64,000 nt of DNA from Lama glama. Its lineage: Eukaryota. The notes beneath the pieces are model-generated. The model did no database searches. It had not been told where the DNA came from and saw only the letters and a list, made by a program, of their open reading frames with translations. The translations under genes were made by a program, and so were the position numbers. This document shows, piece after piece, positions 1-13,859 of this stretch (within the stretch, counting starts at the first letter, position 1; each line of letters begins with the position of its first letter). The stretch is taken from positions 27,592,001-27,656,000 of the forward strand of contig CM052816.1 of the NCBI GenBank assembly GCA_028534125.1, read 5' to 3'.

Positions 1-293
1 AGAAGGAACTGCAGAATCCTTTTCAGAAGGCTTTGATGGAGAATTTGGAATGTCCACTGCTTTGGGTCCATGTTCCATCTTGGCTATTTTTCCTTTTGAA
101 TTATTTATTGGTTTCTTTGCCAATATTTTGGCTTCTTTCTCTTCTTGCTCACTGATAATAGTTCCTTCATGCTGTAACTTCCTGGCATCATTTGAACACA
201 AAGTGTCCTTGGAATGATTTTCTTCTGAAGCATTCTTTGATGACTTAACTTCAGCAACATTTTGTCTTGCATCTTTAAAGGCTTTGACAGCAG
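1..293 (-). CDS. SRFBP1: SRFBP1 exon 6, partial ([30 protein letters not shown]...[12 protein letters not shown]); continues beyond the window
   Basis: Acceptor tctcttgtag|CT. Reading frame is open to position 1 and matches the recalled SRFBP1 central region. Confidence 0.93.
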
Positions 294-1048
294 CTACAAG
301 AGAAACAGCACATGACTTGCTTCAGCATTGAAACAAATAATAAAACACCACTATTTCAATACAGTATTTTTAAATTATTTGGCAACACTTAAGAGAATAA
401 CTGGAATTTATATTAACGTAATATAATGGGTATGAATTCACAAACAAATCTATTGACTTTTTAAAAACCAAACTTACAAAAAATGCTCAGAGGTATCCAT
501 TTTAAATTTCTAAAATTAAAAGAAAATTCATCCCCTCACATACTGGTATTGTGAAGACCAGTAAAAACCTCATTGAATATAAATGAATAAAATGGCAACT
601 TTAATTTTTGTAGTAATAATGTATTAATACAATTGTAGTGTGTTATAAATTGTGCTTTCAGACATAAAAATAAAAATCTACTCTGACAAAAGCACTTAAA
701 TTTTTTCAACACACTTTATAATGCACACATAAATGAAAATTATGTGACTAAGTGGCAAAATCAAAAGTAATAATATGAACTACACTAATCTTTAGAAAAT
801 AAACTCTGTTCAATATTATCATGAATATATATATTTTAGAAATTTAGAAAAAATAGAGATTTAGATTTTTACTCAGATGTCAGATATTGTCCATATTTTC
901 AGGCATTTCCCACATTTGGAAATATTTAAAAGACACATTTATAATATAAAAAATCTTCAAAAGGAAGAAGAATCAATGAAATAAATAAATGAATGGCCAT
1001 GTATTCAGATCACATACAGTACATGGCTTAAAGTCATTTAATTCATAC

Positions 1049-1130
1049 CTTTTAGCACATCTACTTTTTTCTTCAGAAGAGGGTGCACTGCTAGTCTGGC
1101 AATTGCTCTTTCAGTTGCAGTAGAATCAGG
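1049..1130 (-). CDS. SRFBP1: SRFBP1 exon 5 ([27 protein letters not shown]+), 82 nt
   Basis: Acceptor aatttgcag|CCT and donor AAG|gtatga. In frame. Confidence 0.95.
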
Positions 1131-1769
1131 CTGCAAATTGAAATAATAAACACATGGGAATAAAAACTACGTAGCACTACTAAGAAGTGAATAAAATACA
1201 ATCCATTATAATTTTTAAAAGTTAAGAGTTAGGAACAGGAATTTGTTAATATTCTAATTTGATAACTCACCTGTATAATCTATGCTAAAGAAAACACACT
1301 GACAAAAATACTACTGCTCTCAAACAATTAAAATTATCATGCAATCAATTAATAAATATTCTTTGAGTACTTAGTATCTTTCCAGAACTGTGGTAGGCAT
1401 CATGTGTGATATTAGAAAAAAATGTAATATAGCTCCTGCATTCAAAGAGTTTTAAAAGATCTAGTTAAGAAGATTAAATTAACATGAAAAAAAGTAACAT
1501 ATTAGTACTAAGCTGCATGATACAATTTATGACTACTGTAACGCTTGAAGTTCCATTTACTAGAGACCTAGAAATTATCAAATGCTACATATTTTTATTC
1601 TGAATGACTAGTACCACTACTGTATTCTCAGAACCTTCCACCAGTGCCTGGTTTACAGCTAACAGTTTATAGATAACTGACAATGAATGAATGGAACCAT
1701 ATATACATATACAAATACACAGTATTTAGAAACTCAGAAAATTCTTTATTCAGACTAATTGCTTTAAGT

Positions 1770-2400
1770 ATCATCTGTAGGCTGAAAACTTCCAAATTTC
1801 TACCTCTAGCTTTAACTTGAATTCTGGACTTACATACCCAACCTGACATGTTAAAAGAGAATTTTTTGATTTTCTTCTCAAATCTACTGCTATAGTCTTT
1901 CCCATCTTACTGTATGTAACTTTACTTTTTCTGGTTGCTCAGGCCTAAACCTTGATCACATTTCTCCTTCCTTACTGTATTGGTTGCAATCACTTTTGAA
2001 CCTTATAAAATAAACTAGCAAGGTTTTTATTTTCAAACTTTATTTCAAACATAGATCATTTGCAATTCTTTGAATTGAATGGATATATTTTAGCACTTTG
2101 CAGTGGATGATGTCAGATTAAATTTAAATTGATATCCTCTCAATGTTTATCTCTGATGCAAGTGCAGAATTTCAGCAAATTCTGTGGTTTCATCTGCAAA
2201 ATATATTCAGAACCAGTCACATCACCACTTCTACTTACAATCTTTGACCAAATCACTAATACTTACCTGGACCAGGTCATAATAAGAATAAGCTCACATC
2301 TGGTCATTCTCCATGGCATCTTGCTCCCCAACAGCCTATTTTCCATATAGTAGTCACAGTGAGCTTTTGGAACGTAACCAGATCATGCTATGTTCCCATC
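1770..2400 (+). mobile_element. L2 LINE fragment (old)
   Basis: Degenerate L2-like motifs (ctcaggcctaaaccttgat; tctgcaaaatatattcagaacc; accagatcatg). Boundaries approximate. Confidence 0.55.
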
Positions 2401-2507
2401 TATTCTGTTTGGAGGATTTATCTAGGTAATGTCATTAAGAGAACAATTCCTTAAATTATACCTGGTGCAAATCCTGTGCCAGGATCGCCTGCTGTCGAAT
2501 TACCTTC

Positions 2508-2948
2508 TGTATGGGTCAAATAGTATCCTCTCAAAATTCTATATCCAACTGGAAATTGAGAATGTGACTCTATTTGGAAACAAGGTCTCTGCTGCTATAA
2601 CTAATTAAGAGGAACATAGTTTAGAGTGGGTCCTAAAATCTAATGTGACTGGTGTCCTTATAAAGGAATACATTTAGATACAGAGGCACAGGGAGACAGA
2701 AAGGGAACAAAGCCGAGGCAAAGGTTGGAGTTGTCCTTCCACAAGCCAAGGAAGGCCTAGGGCTAACAGAAATTGGAAAAAGCAAAGAAGGGTTTTTCCC
2801 TAGAAACTTTCAAGGAAGTGTAGCCCTACTGATGCCTTGATTTCAGATTTCTTATGTTTCAGGAGAAACATAAGAAAACAAATTTCTGTGGTTATATACC
2901 ATCTAGTTTGTGGTACTATGTTACAGTAGTCTGAGGGAAACTAAAAAA
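2508..2948 (+). mobile_element. MaLR solo LTR (MLT1B/C-like)
   Basis: MLT1 hallmarks: gaatgtgactctatttggaaac, gactggtgtccttataa, ccacaagccaaggaa, aaatttctgtggtt...gtttgtggtac...aaactaa. Confidence 0.8.
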
Positions 2949-3089
2949 ACAGCTCGATTCTGATTCCTAGACATTGTCTCTGTTTAACCTTCTCCAAGAA
3001 ATATAGTCCATTTGGAGACTATTCATTAAGTATAGTGTTAAGCCATTCCTCTGCTTCTTTAACTCCTTGCTGGATTTCCTGAAGCAATA

Positions 3090-4098
3090 CAGGACTTCTT
3101 ACTCAACTTTTATTCAATGTGGTACTATAAGTCCTAGCCAGAACAATTAGCCAAGAAAAAGAAATAAAACGCATCCAAATTGGAAAGGAAGAAGTTACAA
3201 TGGTCTCTGAATACAGATGACAGATCTTATACACAGAAAACCCTAAGTACTCTACCGGAAAATTGTTAGAAATAATAAAAAACAAATTCAGTAAAGCTAC
3301 AGGATACAAAACCAACATACACAAATCAGCTGCATTTCTACACAATAACAACAATATATCTGAAAGAGGAATAAAGAAAACAATCCTATTTACTTAGGAA
3401 TAAATTTAAACAAGGAGGTGAATGATCTGTACACTGAAAACTGTAAGACTTTGATTAAAGAAATTGAGGAAGACAAAAATAAATGTAAAGATACCCCATG
3501 TTCAGGGACTGGAAGAATTAATATTGTTAAAATGTCTCTACTACCGAAAGCCATCTATCAAAATTCCTCTGAAGTGCCTGTTGAGGGATGAATGAATAAA
3601 GAAGGAAATCCTTCCATTTGTGACAACATCAATGAATATGGAAGGCACTATGCTAAGTGAAATAAGTCAGACAGAGAAGACAAATATTGCATAGTATCAC
3701 TTATATGTGCAATATACAAAAAGCCAAACTCATAGAAGCAGAGAGAAGAATTGCGGTTGACAGTGACTAGGAGATGTTGGTCAAAGACAGAACTGTTAGT
3801 TATGTAAGTAAGTGCTGGGGATGTAATACTCAGCATGGTGACTATAGATAACAATATTTTTTATATACCTGAAAGTTGCTAAGAGAGTCAATCTTAAATG
3901 TCCTCATCACACGCAAAAAGCAAAACAAAACAAAACAAAACAAAACCCTGTAATTATGTAAGTTGACAGATGTATTAACTAACTTTATTGTGGTAATCAT
4001 TTCACAGTACATATGTATATATGTATATCAAACTTGTACATTTTAAACTTATACAAGTTATGTGTCAATTATACCTTATTAAAGCTAGAAACAAAAAC
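3090..4098 (+). mobile_element. L1 (L1MA-like): ORF2 RT fragment joined to the 3' end
   Basis: gtcctagccagaacaattagccaagaaaaagaaataaa (ORF2), then 3' UTR taagtgaaataagtcagacagagaagacaaatattgc...tgtcaattatacct and an A-rich tail. Confidence 0.85.
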
Positions 4099-5108
4099 AT
4101 TTTTACCAGAATATTTAAACTTAATATATCAGCATCTTTAGAATAAAAGAAACAAAAAGAAAAAGAAATGACTTCTCAAGTTCTTACTCATTTAGCTGAA
4201 ATCTATTTAACAAAAATGTTGTCTTATAGGTATGTGCTGTACCTACTTTGTACCACAACGGTATTGATGTATGAACATCATGAACAGATGGTGTCTGAAC
4301 ATCTCAATTTGTCTTTGCTACTTCTAATTTTTATAAACTGGAATTCTGATAAAGTTGGCTATACGACACCACTGCGAAACATCTTAGGGAACAAACTAAC
4401 CTTGTTATAATGAAATACGAGAAGTGTCAGAGTTGCTTAAGAATATTTTTTAAAAATCAAAAAATAATACAATGCAGAAATACCATAAAAATCTTGCTGG
4501 TTGTGTGAGAGTGTTCAAAATTATTTTTTTTTTCCTCTGGCAAAACAAAACTAAACACTGAGAGGACAGCCCTGTCATTTTCATATCTGATGCAATAAAA
4601 ATTTTAAAGGGAGACTAAAATGCACTACCAGAATGTTTGACCTGGAAAAGCTCCTTATTAGAGGAATGAGAAAAGACAAACGCCAGAGATGGCAAGTGAC
4701 ATGCCTGAAGTCACGCAGCAAGAGGCAGGCAGTGATAACGCAGAATGCAGAAATGCCTAAAAATTTAAGCCTCTTTCCTTTGTAAACAGGAAATCTTCAC
4801 AAATAGTATGGTAGACAAATTATAAATTATACACATCTTCTTTGGGTTACTTCTGGCCCTTCAAAATTTCTTTTATTTGGTGCTAGATGTTTTTAAATTA
4901 ATTCATATCTATTCTTGATGGTCTGTTACTGATCTGCAAGTCTGAGTAGCTTATGATTTGGGGAGTAGAAAAAATATTCTAATAGGGAAAAAACTGTGCA
5001 AATGGAAAAACTGTTAATTACATACCCATTAGTTATATGCCTTATAATAAATAAAAAGGATTTAAATTTTCATTCTTAGAAAAACCGATAAAAAATGTTA
5101 TACAGGTA

Positions 5109-7458
5109 CGGGCATATTTTGTTTTACTGCACTGTGCTTTATTGCACTTCACAGATATGTTTTTAACAAATTGAAGGTTTGTGGCAACCCTGTGTCTATC
5201 AAGCCTGTTGGCACCATTTTTCCAACAGCATTTGCTCACTTTGTGTCTCCGTATCACATTTTGGTAATTCTGGCAATATTTCAACTTTTTCATTATTATA
5301 TTTCTTACGGCTATCTGTGACCAGTGATCTTCGATGATACTACTGTAATTGTTTTGGGATGTCACAAATATGCTCATATAAGAAAACAAACTTAACTGAT
5401 GTTCTGACTGCCTCACTGAACACTGACATGTTTACCACCTCTCTCTCTCCTTGGACCTTTCTAGTCCCTGAGACACAATACTGAAAATAGGTTAATTAAT
5501 AACTCTACAATGGCCTCTAAGTATTCAAGTAAGTGTAAGAGTTGCACGTCTCTCACTTTAAATCAAAAGCTAGAAAGGATTAATCTTACTGAGAAAGGCA
5601 TGTTGAAAGCTGAGATAGGCTGAAAGCTAGGCATCTTGTCCCAAACAGCCAAGTTGTAAATGCAAAGAAAAAATTCTTGAAGGAAAATAAAAGTGCTACT
5701 CCAGTGAACACAAAAATGATTAGAAAGCAAAAGTCTTACTGCTGATAATGGAGAAAGCTTTGTTGGTCTAGATGGAAGATCAAACCAGCCAGAACATTCC
5801 CTTAAACAAAAGCCTAATCCAGGGAAAGGCCCTAACTCTCTTCAACCCTCTCTGAGGGTTGAGAGAGGTGAAGAAACAAGTCTGAAGCTAGCAGAGTTTG
5901 GTTCATGAAGTTTAAGGAAAGAAGCTGTCTCCACAACATCCAAGTGCAAGATGTGGCAGCAAGTGCTGATGTAGAACCTGCAGCACGGTATCCAGAAGGT
6001 ATGGCTAAGACAGACAACGCAGATGGCTACACTGAACAACAGATTTTCAATGTAGATGAAACAACCTTTTGTTGGAAGAAGATGCCTTCTACGACTTTCA
6101 GAGCTAGAAAGGAGAAAATGCCTGGCTTCAAAGCTTCAAAGAACAGGCTGACTCTTGTCAGGGGCTAATGCAGCTGGTGACTGAAGCTCAAGCCAGTGCT
6201 CATTTACCATTCTGAAATCCTAGTGCCCTTAAGAATTATACTAAATCAACTGGGCCTATGTTCTCTAAATGAAACAAAGCTTGGATGGAAACAGCACATC
6301 TGTTTATAACATGGCTTAATGAACCGAATATATTAAGCCCACTGTTGAGACTTACTGCTCAGAGAAAATGATTCTTTTCAAAATATTCCTGCTCACTGAC
6401 AATGCACCTGGCCACCCAAGGGATCTGATGGGGAAGTACAATGAGACTCATGTTGTTTTCATGCCTCCTAACTCAACATCCATTCTGCAGCCCATGGATC
6501 AAGGAGTCATTTCAACTTTCAAGTCTTTACCTTTAAGAAATACATTTCATAAAGTTGCCATAGCTAGTGATTCTTTCTATGAATCTGGGCAAAGTGAACT
6601 GAAACCTTCTGGAAAGGATTCATCATTCTACATGCCATTAAGAACATTCATGATTCATGGTAAATCAAAAGAGCAGCATTAACAGAAGTTTGGAAGAAGT
6701 TGATTCTAACTCTCATGGATGACTTTGAGAGGCTGAAGACGTCAGTGAAGGAAGAAACTACAGACATGGCGGAAACAGCAAGAGAACTAGAATTAGAAGT
6801 AGAGCCTTAAGATATCACTGAATTGTTGCAATTTTATGATGAAACTTCAATAGATGGGGAATTGCTTCTTCTGGATGAGCAAAGAAAGTGGTTTCTTCAG
6901 ATGGAATCTACTCCTGATGAAGACACTGCGAAGACTGTTGAAATGACAACAAAGGACTTAGAATATTATATAAACTTAGTTGATAAAGCAGCAGGAGGGT
7001 TTGAGAGGACTGACTACAGTTTTGAAAGAAATTTTATTGTGGGTAAAATGCTATAAAAAGCACTGCTTGTAGGGAGAAATCATTTCTGAAAGGAAGAGTC
7101 AACAGATGCAGCAAATTTCATTGCTGTCTTAAAAAAAAATCGCCAAAGCCACCACCCTGATCAGTCAGCAGCCATCACCATCAACTTCAAGGCAAGATCC
7201 TCCACCAGCAAAATTAGTATGACATGCTAAAGACTCAGATGATGGTTAGCAATTTTTAGCAAGGAAGTATTTTAAAATTAAGGTATGTACATTGTTTTAA
7301 ATTATAATGCTACTGTACACTTAACAGTCTATGGTATAGTATAAACACAACTTCTATACGCACTGCAAAACTAAAAATTTGTGATTTGCTTTATTGCTGT
7401 TATTTGCTTTATTGAGGTAGTTTGGAATTGAACCCTCAATATCTCAGAGGTATGCCTG
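5109..7458 (+). mobile_element. Tigger1 (TcMar/pogo DNA transposon), near full length, transposase disrupted
   Basis: Terminal inverted repeats cgggcata.../...tatgcctg flanked by TA. ORF fragments carry pogo DDE motifs [15 protein letters not shown] and LQPMDQGVI. Confidence 0.92.
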
Positions 7459-10400
7459 TAGTCCTTAAAATACGTGATTCGGAAAAAGTCTTAATTAAAA
7501 ATACCAAATTTTTATAAATTACAGCAATCATTTAAATAAATTTAAAAATTTCTCCTAAGTAAAAAATTGTCAAATTTAACACTTATCTTTATTCTTAAAA
7601 AAGCAATTAGAAATAATTCATTTAATTTTTTTAAGTTCAAATTTTAATAAGAGGTAAAGGAAATACAGATCAAAAATTTTATCTAACAATTAGACTAACA
7701 GTCTTGATTTTAAGACCACCGAGCCAGTTAGGAACAACCTAGAAGTCAAAGTCAGGTTTCTGAATTCAGTTTAGTATTCTCAACAAGTTTACTTCTAAAC
7801 TATTTGAGATAACTTTCTCTCATTTTATGACCCAACTCCAAGCCCCCTTCAAATCTTTTTGTAAAGAAATTAAATATAAACATTAAAAAAAGGCTTGTTA
7901 ATCAAGGGGGCTGGAGGTCATACCTTTGGCAGTGTTTTGGGTCTCTGCTGCAGTTTGGGATGTCTGCATTTTGCTTAAGGTGCTGAGCTTAAGTGTAGGA
8001 ACTCACAAGAAAAAGTAGAACAGCCCCTGCCATGAAAGACTTCAAATCCTTTATCCCTCCTTATTTCTTTCCTGTCTATCTTCCTTCCTCACTTACTTTC
8101 TCCTTCTTTATATTTACATAAACACACCTTATTATGTACAGGCATGGTCTTACACATAAGAATACAAACATCATTTTTTGAGGCTCACAATCTAGCACTA
8201 ATTTAAAAGGTTAAAACAAATGTACAAGTAACTAATCCAAGGCAGATTGTGCTAAATTTTATAGGAGAAAATGAAAATGTTGTGGAGGTTTATAGAAGAA
8301 TTCAAATACAGCCATACAACTTAAATTTAAATAAAATTATTTTGAAGCTTAAAAGGCTAAGTAGTCTCTATTAACAAATAGTTTTTAACACCTGTGTGAA
8401 CCAGTCTTCACAATATTAGGGGATATGAAGGAAGCCACAGCTTTCCTTATTTAAAGTTGACACAGTGTTTGCCTTGGAAAATTCTCAGGAAACTGTGGTT
8501 TTCACACACCTCCAGTTTCTTCCATTTCAAATAAATTAAATAAAAAAGGGAAAACACCTCATCATTTAGTGGAAAAGTTTTATTTTGGCATAGGGTATTT
8601 ATCGTGAACACAAAGTATTTGGTGTTCAATTTTGAAAAGAATCTTGAGAATGTACATGTGAGTATAAACAAGAGTCTAAAAATGAAATAGCTCTCTTACA
8701 TGAAACATTCATTCCTTTGAAATGCTGCTTTAAAACAAACTGACTCTAAATCAACTGGTAGAAGTAGAATGCTAGTAGCAGTACTTTTAATATTAACTGG
8801 ACTTCAATTCTAGGTTTTACCTAAAAATATAAACCAATACATTCATATTTGTATTTATTAAAAACATTTAGGGACATAATAAAAAACAGTCCCTTCACCT
8901 GGATCAGAATTGTGGCAAACAAAGCAAAATAAGGCTTAGAGTCCATATTTAAGGGAAAAGGAGACTTTTCTGTATTCACTAAACTCAAAATCTCTACGAC
9001 CCCATGATTCCAAAATGTAGTCTTACATATATGGGACTTACTCCATCCTTTCGTCCTAAATTTTTGTTTTATAGGCAGAGATCTGGTTTTACACCTTGGA
9101 TCTGACATCTTCTACTGACTAACCATAGGTGTATTTTGACCTTTCTGGGCCTGTTGTCTCTCATCTGTTAACAGTGGTACCATCATCTTCCCTGAGAAAG
9201 CTAATACATAGATATTAGGATCTAATGAGTCAGACAACTGGTAGATGTTGACAAAATTTGCTTCCTCTTATCCTGTAGTTGTTTAATATAACTTTTTTAT
9301 TTTCTACTAGATTACATATTCTCCTAGAAAATATTCTGTGTCTTCTATTCCCTTCCTATCTTCCATAGTGCCTAGTGATCACTCTGCACACAACAGATGT
9401 TTTAAATTGAGAAGCCCTTGAAATTCTGGCAATAGCTGTCTGGAAATGTCACAGTACTAGCCCCCAGACTCTCTAGCTTTAAAACTCTCATATAAATATT
9501 AACTGGCTACTTAACCTTTCTAATCCCTTTCTATGTTTGAAAAATGAAGACACTATTACTATTGCTACACACACACATGTGCACACATGGACGTTTTCTT
9601 TATGAGGTTATTGTTTTAAGATCAATTGAGATAAGAATGTATATGAAAGAACTGTGCAAGCTGTAAAATGTTACACAAATTAGTCTGTTCTGCTCTATTC
9701 TGATGGTCAGACAGTTTCAAATGTACAGAGCTCTAGACTTATTTCCTATTTGGTCATCCTCCACTAACCTTCCCTCCTATGGCAAATAATCAGTCTCCCT
9801 CCATGACACTCCAAGCCTGCCTCATCTTTAGTTTAGAGATTTAATTTATTAATATATTTTGACACAGAAAAACATGAATCCAATGAAAGGATATAACAAA
9901 TGAAATAAAACAGTAACAAAGTAGCTGAAATCAAATGGCTTGGGAGGAATCTGGAATTATTCTTAAGCAGGGCAATTTCCCTTGGCTCTAAATCCTCAAG
10001 GATTCTATCAAGAACTTTGATGAAACAGAACTGTTTTCCTTTCGTCCTTGTCCACCTCCCCCCTTCCTTCCTTCTGTTTGGAAGAAGGTACAAAAAGGGC
10101 AAAAACATAATCAGGTTTCACTTGACAGTATTTCAGTTAGATCTTAAACTTTCTATCTGAATTACTATCATAAATCTTATGACTAAAAATCTAGTAATAT
10201 GCAAAAGAATTAAGTATTGCAAAATAAAAATGTTTAAGCAAATGTAGGCACATTTCCCCACTTTTAGGATGACATTTCATACACTGGAAGGTTGAACAAA
10301 GGGTTGTAAATGAAAGAAGATATCCTAAAAATCTGATTTTACAAATACTACACATACATTAACTAATAGTAACCTTCCAAAGTGAAAACTATCTGGCTGA

Positions 10401-11084
10401 AAAGTTAAAAAAAAAAAAAAGACAAATGTTATTTTATTATAGATATTTTCAAGTTCAAGTTAAATGATAAATATTGTGAAGTTTTATTGCTAAAATTTAA
10501 ATAGAAACATAATATTAGGGAACTACAAATAAATTTTTTTATTCTCATCACAAATTAAGCCTTAGTAAGATAATTTCAGAATTCAGCAAACAGAAAGTTC
10601 AAAAAATTTATCCTGGTAAAAATCTTAAAATTATGATTTCTTTAAACTCTCATGAGAAAACAAATATATTCTGCCTTATTTTTATACAATTACCACTATT
10701 CTATTTAACATGTCATTATTTTGTCAGAAATACAGACCAAGCCGCAAGTTTAAAACTATAATAGTACTAAAATTTTTTCTTCTCTATGAATGAATGCTAT
10801 GAAATAAAATATTTACTATAAAATCATGTTAGTATAAAATAAGTAAGCTGTTTGTAAAATCATGCTCATGACTTCTTTTGTGTCACTTTTCTGATAAGGA
10901 CCAGGAAGATGACAACAACAAATCCTCCCTCCCCTTAAGCATACAAAAACCTTTTATGTTCTCGCCTTCTTACAATAAAATGCTTTAAAATATTAACATA
11001 ATTAATAACAATTAATTATAGAGAAGTGAGTGCTAGTCTACATGAACATAGAATCAGAGTATTACTTTCCTTAAGGCTGGAAAA

Positions 11085-11735
11085 GGAAAACTGACATTTA
11101 TAGTTGGAAATTCCAACCTATCTTTCTTAATAATCACTGAAATAGGCAGACAAAAAATAAGTAAAGATATAAATCACCTGAGCAACACCATCAATCAGTT
11201 TGACCTAAATGACATTTATAGGACACTAACCCCAATATAACAATTCAAGTGCACATGAAATATGCACCAAGATAAGCCATACTCTGGACATATAACACAA
11301 ATAATAAAGTTAAAAGAATAAAAATGATAAAAAGCATGCTCGTGGATCATAAAGGAAACAGTAACAAAAAATACCTGGAAAACCCCCAACTGTTCAGAAA
11401 TTAAACAATATACTTCTAATTAAACATGAGTCAAAGATGAAGTTTCAAGGTTAAATTAAAACATTTTGAACTCAAAGAAAATAAAGCACAACACATCATA
11501 TTTATAAAATGTAGCTAAAGCGGTGCTTAGAGGGAAATTTACAGCATTAAATTCTTATATTGGAAAAAAAGAAAAGTTTAAATCAGCAATTTGAGCTTCT
11601 ACATTAGGAAACTAGAGAAAGAGCAAAGTAAACACAAATGCAAGAAGAAACAGTATAGATTAGAGCAAATGTGAATGAAAGTGAAAACAGAAAAGTACTA
11701 ACAGAGTTTAAAAATCAATTAATCCAAAATCTGTT
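11085..11735 (+). mobile_element. L1 ORF2 endonuclease-region fragment
   Basis: aacaccatcaatcagtttgacctaaatgacatttatagg; ttcaagtgcacatg; gtgcttagagggaaatttacagcattaaa. Confidence 0.8.
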
Positions 11736-12318
11736 CTTATGTGGAACTGTCTTATGTAGAATTTAGCAAAGTAGGTACAAACAAAAAGGAAATACTAAGG
11801 ATGAAGCAGGAGTGACAAATCCAAGGAGCAGAAGATACACCTGAAAGTCCCAACTGTGCACGTAACAGTGGTTAGCCTTAATTAGCTCACCTCATTCTTT
11901 CTGAGCTTCAGTTTCCTCACTTATAAAAAAGGGGTAAAAATAATTTTCTTACGGTGAATTCAGGGATTAAATAAAATATTCATGAAAACTATTTGAAAAG
12001 AACAAAGAGTCTTTGTTCTAATTAGTAAGATTAACAGACTAACTGTTATCTAACACATAAAAGCCATATCCAGTTCAACATATCTTTAAGATCCTTGAGG
12101 GTATGATATCACAGCAAAGGAAAATTCATACATGACCGTAAAAATTCTGGGGGTGCTTAATTTTGGGGGAGCTAAAGTGGGGAAAGGTCATTATAGATAC
12201 CAATAGTAAACGGCTTCTTGATCAGTTTTCTCTTCAAGGAAAAAAGTGACAAGAAAAAAGTAGGTCAACAATATAAATAATGAACTTTTAAAAGAAATAC
12301 AACCCACTGCAGAAATAC

Positions 12319-12390
12319 CTTTTTGCAGATTTTTTCAAAGTTGATATCATCACCAAGAGCAGATTTAGTTACTGTATCAGGTTTTAACTC
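12319..12390 (-). CDS. SRFBP1: SRFBP1 exon 4 ([24 protein letters not shown]), 72 nt
   Basis: Acceptor tcttttacag|GAG and donor AAG|gtattt. Phase 0/0, matches recalled SRFBP1. Confidence 0.95.
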
Positions 12391-13859
12391 CTGTAAAAGA
12401 ATAAAACAAATTAATTTTTGTTATAAGCCTAATTTTAAACTATCATTACTTTTATGAGTTAAATTTCTTCCCATGTTTTGCTTTTAAGAAATTTGTTATT
12501 TAATGACATTACTACTGATTTAAATGACATTTCAGGACATTGACAATTTTCTCAATCCATAAAGAAATGCAGACATTTATAGAGAAACACTTAATGTTAA
12601 TTCTTGATTTAAAACTACCTAAGCCACAAAATACTTTTCTATTATAGAAGGAGTTAATCCATATTTATTTTAGAAAATACAGAAAACACAGAAAAGCAAA
12701 GAAACACAAGCAAAATTACTGGCAAGGTTTACATGATTATAATTGTATTATACACCCTCTACAAGCTTCTTTAAGAGAATTTAAGTTTGATATGCATTCC
12801 ACTAAGAGAATGAGGGATGACCTTAGATCACATGAAAATGCAATTTTTCTATATTAATAGTCATCAAGTTATTCTAATATGCATGAAAAAATTAACATTT
12901 GAATGTTTTTTTCTAATATTGTTTAGAAGAAAGCTGAGTAGGAAAAGCAGATAGTTGACTTTAAAACAACACCAAGTAACAATTAGGTGGATATGTGATA
13001 TGACAAACATTGTGCAAACATTAAGTGAAAATGATATTTAAATTATAGTTAGATAAAAACAGGACCATAGCATTTTGTAAACTAGCTTTATTTAATAACA
13101 GGGCAAATGTCCATTATTTTCTTTCTTTTACATCACTGCCCTTATTTATTTAACCAACCTCTTATTGGACATTACTATATTTTCTGACCTTTTGATCTTT
13201 TTATATAAATTAAGAATGTAATGACTATTCTTGTACATACTGGTTTATGTAGCCCCTTCTGAAAAATTACCACATATTTGATATGAAAGAGCTCTACTGG
13301 GTTTTTGGAAAGAGAGTAGAATAGAAAAAAAATCAGTTATTAATAATGATGATCCAATGTCAAAAAGATCAGAAAGCACTGTTTCTGAGAGTAAAAACTC
13401 AATTTCATTTTGGGTACATTAACATAAATTCAAAAATATGTATGTAAAACAAATCCATATGAACAGTACATAAATAATGGACTCTCATTTTTTTTAAATT
13501 GTATGTGTGCATACATATAAAAAATTCATTATGTGACATATTTGGTCTGAAAATGTCTTAAGTTTATTGAGCTAATTTAAGAAATCGCTTTCTTTAAGCA
13601 GTCTCAAGTTAATAAAACTATTTAAATTATAGTTAAAAATCCAAATTTTAAGACTTGCCCTGACTTTGTCAATGGCTGGCTACAAGTATCTTTTTTGACT
13701 CTGCAAGAAAATAAAAAGAAAACAGACTAAAGAGTGAATTGCTTACATTTCATTGCTAAAATGAACTTAAATAACTGAAGAAGATAATGGTATTACCTAA
13801 ATCTCAACCCATTCATATATTCCCTCCAAAACAATAAATTCAACAAGGAGCACCAATAA

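Noticed and set aside
5905..7056. Tigger ORFs as a TIGD1-like domesticated gene
   Set aside because: Split across frames with stops, and still enclosed by terminal repeats and TA flanks.
8810..8835. AG|GT juxtaposition (tatatttttag|gtaaaa, minus strand) as a recursive splice site
   Set aside because: Intron 4 is only 11 kb and the motif is modest; expected by chance.
12388..12393. NAGNAG tandem acceptor (cagGAG) at exon 4
   Set aside because: GAG is a disfavoured acceptor, and the proximal CAG gives the expected protein.
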